Positions 35,324 through 38,244 of a stretch of 38,244 nt of DNA are shown one piece after another. Within the stretch, counting starts at the first letter, position 1; the number at the start of each line of letters is the position of its first letter. Below the pieces are notes generated by a model. That model was given only the letters and a program-made list of their open reading frames with translations, was not told the origin of the DNA and did no database searches. The position numbers and the translations under genes were made by a program. Location of the stretch: assembly GCA_050485745.1 (NCBI GenBank), contig JBJHBY010000004.1, forward strand, positions 1-38,244. Direction: 5' to 3'. Source of the DNA: Gammaproteobacteria bacterium. GTDB taxonomy: Bacteria > Pseudomonadota > Gammaproteobacteria > Pseudomonadales > CAMLJR01.

Positions 35324-37486
35324 ATGTCAGCGATTCGTCGATTCGGGCCCGTCACCGCCGTGACCGGGGCCATTCTCTGTGCGACACCCGGGGCGATGGC
35401 CCAGGCGCCATCCTATCTGGAAGAAATCGTGGTGACCGCCCAGAAGCGGGCAGAGTCGCTGCAGGAGACACCGATCTCCCTGGTGGCCTTTGGTGCCGAG
35501 CGACTGGAAAAGCTGGGTATTACGGACATTGGTGATCTGCAGGGCAACGTGCCCAATCTGCAGTTGAGCCCACACCCCAACAGTGCCACGACACCGCGCA
35601 TCTTCATCCGCGGGGTTGGCAATTTTGATGACCAGATTACCCAGGACCCCAGCGTCGCGGTCTACATGGATGGTGTCTATATTGCCCGCAATCAGGGTAT
35701 GGGTATGGACGTCGCCGACATCGAGCGTATCGAGGTTCTGCGCGGCCCACAGGGCACCCTGTACGGGCGCAATGCCACTGGCGGGGCGATCAACTTCATT
35801 ACCCGCGCACCGGAACTGGACACCCTGGCGTTCTCCCAGACGGTGGGTGTGGGCAACCGCGGCCATCGGCGCTCCCGCACCATGCTCAATGTACCGCTTG
35901 GAGACACGCTGGCCGCGCGTTTCTCTTACCTGATCAGCGAGCGTGATGGGTATGTCCGCAACAGCGGCAGTGGCGAAAGCCACTTTGGCAGCGAGGACCG
36001 CCAGGCCCTGCGCGCGGATTTTCGCTGGCAGCCCGCTGACGACTGGGATGTACGCTATGCCTACGACCGCTCACGGATTCAGGATACGCCATTCTTTCTC
36101 GCCTCGAACCAGCCGCTCGGCTCCAGTCTGAAACGGCCACGCCGCAGCGATCCGTCGGTGGATGACCTGCAGGCTCACGACGTTACCATCGACGGCCATC
36201 AACTCACGGTGTCCTGGGATGGTTCGGAAACACTGACGTTACGCTCCATCAGTGCCTATCGCGAGGTTGACAGCTTTCTTTACCAGGATTATCTCAGCGG
36301 CCTGTTCGGACCGTTTGCCTCGCTCATCACCGAGGACAACGTCAACCAGCGCCAGTGGAGCCAGGAGTTCCAGGCCCTGGGCAGTCTGATGGACAACCGT
36401 CTGGAGTACGTTGCCGGCGTCTACTTCGTGCGCGACAGTGGTAATACCCGGATTATCAATGTGCTGCCGGATCCTGGCGTCGTTATCCAGGCCAATGCCA
36501 GCATCGTCAACCGCGCCTATGCCGTCTACGCCCAGGGCACCTACATCCCCAACCTGCTGGAGGATCGCCTCAGCGTCACGGTGGGAGGTCGCTGGAGCCG
36601 TGATCAGCGCCGCGCCACCCTGGAAGACTTTCTGGTCAGCAATGGCGGCCTGGTACCCACCGCCGGGCCCGGGCGGGGTTCCCTCAGCTTCAACGACTTC
36701 AGCCCCAGCCTGACCCTCGAGTACCAGCTCGAAGAGTCCGTTAATCTCTATGCCAAGGTCGCCACCGGCTACAAGTCCGGGGGGTTCAATGTGCGTGCTT
36801 CCAGCATCGAAAGCTTCCAGCAGGGTTTTGAGGAGGAGAGTCTCATCTCCTACGAGGCGGGCATCAAGTCGGAGTGGCTGGAAAATCGCCTGCGCGTCAA
36901 CGCGGCGGTGTTTCGCGCCGACTACGATGATATCCAGCTGAACACCCAGTCGGATCTCACCGACCCGACTATCGCCGATATCCTCAATGCGGGGGAGGCG
37001 ACGATTCAGGGGGCTGAACTGGAGCTGACCGCGGTACCGGTACCGCGATTGCAGCTGGGCCTGAGCTATGCGTATCTCAGTGCCCGCTATGATCGCATCA
37101 CCGATGTCACGGGCAGCAATGTGACCGACCAGTACACCTTCGTCAACGCACCACGGCACAGCGTTTTCGTTGATCTGGATTACGACATTGCCAGTCTGAC
37201 GTTCGGCGATCTCAGCCTGAACGTCAACTATGGCTGGCAGGACAGAAAGGCGATCACCTCCAGCACGGCACAAGGCCGGTTCACGATACCGAACTACGGC
37301 TTGCTCAATGCACGCCTGACCCTGTCGGAGATCACTGGCCTGCCCGCAGGCAGCCTGCGTGTGTCACTCTGGGGCAAGAATCTGGAGAACAAGACCTACG
37401 CCTTCCTGCACGCGCCGTTGTTCGGGGGTATGCGGGCCTATGGTGAGCCGCGCACCTATGGTGTGGACATCACGTACGATTACTGA
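35324..37486 (+). CDS. TonB-dependent receptor
   Basis: signal peptide (AMA), TonB-box region LEEIVVTAQKR, plug IRGVG..YMDGVY..IERIEVLRGPQGTLYGRN..GGAIN, C-terminal KNLEN..PRTYGVDITYDY; GGGGAG RBS. Confidence 0.93.
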   Translation: MSAIRRFGPVTAVTGAILCATPGAMAQAPSYLEEIVVTAQKRAESLQETPISLVAFGAERLEKLGITDIGDLQGNVPNLQLSPHPNSATTPRIFIRGVGNFDDQITQDPSVAVYMDGVYIARNQGMGMDVADIERIEVLRGPQGTLYGRNATGGAINFITRAPELDTLAFSQTVGVGNRGHRRSRTMLNVPLGDTLAARFSYLISERDGYVRNSGSGESHFGSEDRQALRADFRWQPADDWDVRYAYDRSRIQDTPFFLASNQPLGSSLKRPRRSDPSVDDLQAHDVTIDGHQLTVSWDGSETLTLRSISAYREVDSFLYQDYLSGLFGPFASLITEDNVNQRQWSQEFQALGSLMDNRLEYVAGVYFVRDSGNTRIINVLPDPGVVIQANASIVNRAYAVYAQGTYIPNLLEDRLSVTVGGRWSRDQRRATLEDFLVSNGGLVPTAGPGRGSLSFNDFSPSLTLEYQLEESVNLYAKVATGYKSGGFNVRASSIESFQQGFEEESLISYEAGIKSEWLENRLRVNAAVFRADYDDIQLNTQSDLTDPTIADILNAGEATIQGAELELTAVPVPRLQLGLSYAYLSARYDRITDVTGSNVTDQYTFVNAPRHSVFVDLDYDIASLTFGDLSLNVNYGWQDRKAITSSTAQGRFTIPNYGLLNARLTLSEITGLPAGSLRVSLWGKNLENKTYAFLHAPLFGGMRAYGEPRTYGVDITYDY

Positions 37487-37542
37487 ACAGCGTAATTGTG
37501 GCGGTTGTGCTTCCAGGCCGGGACTGACATGGAGTAAGCGTG

Positions 37543-38244
37543 ATGTGCAAGCTGAATGGCTGGGTTTTTCTTGTTGCACTTTGTGCGACGTCGTTCGCTT
37601 CCGCCGGGAACCCCGTGGATTCCCCCTGGGCGGGCAGGGAGTATCCGCAACGCCTGCTCTGGGGGGATACCCATGTGCATTCCTCCTACTCACTGGATGC
37701 CAACCTGTTCGGGCTGGTGGGTTTTTCCCCGCGGGATGCGTACCGCTTCGCGCGGGGGGAGACACTGACCCTCGGCAATGGCCTGCAGGCGCGCATCAAC
37801 CGACCGCTGGATTTTCTGGTAGTGGCGGATCACGCCGAATACCTCGGGGTGATGCCGCTGGTGCGCGAGGGTGCCCCGTCGTTGATGACCAGCGCCGTGG
37901 CCCAACGCTGGCGGCGCATGCTGCATGGCGAAGGGGACCCCACCGCGGCGATGGTCGAAATTGGTGAATCCTACGAACGCGGCGAGGCCCTGGTCGAACT
38001 GCCGGAAGACCTGGACTCGCCCTGGAAGGCCATTGGTCGCATTGCCGATGAGGAAAACCGCCCCGGGGTGTTCACCGCATTCATTGGCTTCGAGTGGAGC
38101 GCGATGCCCGGGGGCGATAACCTGCACCGCGTCGTGATGTTCCGCGATGGCGGCGACAAGACCTCCCAGGTCGAGGCCTTCTCGGCGTTCGACAGCTCCG
38201 ACCCGCGCAAGCTCTGGCGCTATCTGGAGGACTATGAGGCGAAG
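37543..38244 (+). CDS. DUF3604 (PHP-like metallohydrolase) exported protein, 3'-truncated by window end
   Basis: absent from the ORF track (no stop); my translation MCKLNGWVFLVALCATSFASA...YPQRLLWGDTHVHSSYSLDA...AYRFARGE...PLDFLVVADHAE...FIGFEWS...NLHRVV; GGAG RBS; start 37540 (GTG) or 37543. Confidence 0.85.
   Translation, partial: MCKLNGWVFLVALCATSFASAGNPVDSPWAGREYPQRLLWGDTHVHSSYSLDANLFGLVGFSPRDAYRFARGETLTLGNGLQARINRPLDFLVVADHAEYLGVMPLVREGAPSLMTSAVAQRWRRMLHGEGDPTAAMVEIGESYERGEALVELPEDLDSPWKAIGRIADEENRPGVFTAFIGFEWSAMPGGDNLHRVVMFRDGGDKTSQVEAFSAFDSSDPRKLWRYLEDYEAK

Noticed and set aside
1-38244. CRISPR array, rRNA, intact IS/transposase, integron or prophage genes
   Set aside because: No regularly spaced repeat-spacer array or recognisable transposase, integrase or phage structural ORF seen

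Overview
GC-rich gammaproteobacterial chromosome segment (a Cellvibrionales/Halieaceae-like origin is my inference from gene content only). From left to right: a sigma70 stable-RNA promoter with tRNA-Glu(TTC), a non-canonical tRNA-like cloverleaf and tRNA-Gly(GCC); a yadG-yadH-queF-ppk2-coiled-coil gene run; and a minus-strand unit of promoter, 18-aa leader peptide, exported beta-barrel-like protein and mgtE. An SDR and a sigma54-type PEP-CTERM gene follow. Next is a ~8.3 kb compositionally atypical island (~9.69-18.0 kb) with a type IV pilin-like pseudogene and one intact 2099-aa DUF4011-SF1 helicase-endonuclease (Hhe-like defence protein) ending in a GreA/GreB C-terminal-like domain. After it come cupin and lipoprotein genes, a glyoxylate-shunt cluster (aceA, LysR, glcB) with a shared bipartite operator, a RHH-RelE/ParE toxin-antitoxin pair, an orphan CdiI-like gene and zntR with a SO_0444-type permease behind a zntA-type promoter. 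The window ends with a molybdopterin oxidoreductase, an APH-like kinase, an acetyl-CoA hydrolase/transferase and a membrane-AraC / TonB receptor / DUF3604 locus that runs off the edge. Best leads: the MgtL-like Cys-rich leader upstream of the barrel-mgtE unit, the tRNA-like RNA, the Gre-domain Hhe variant and the aceA/glcB LysR operator. All family calls come from motif recognition by eye, not database searches.
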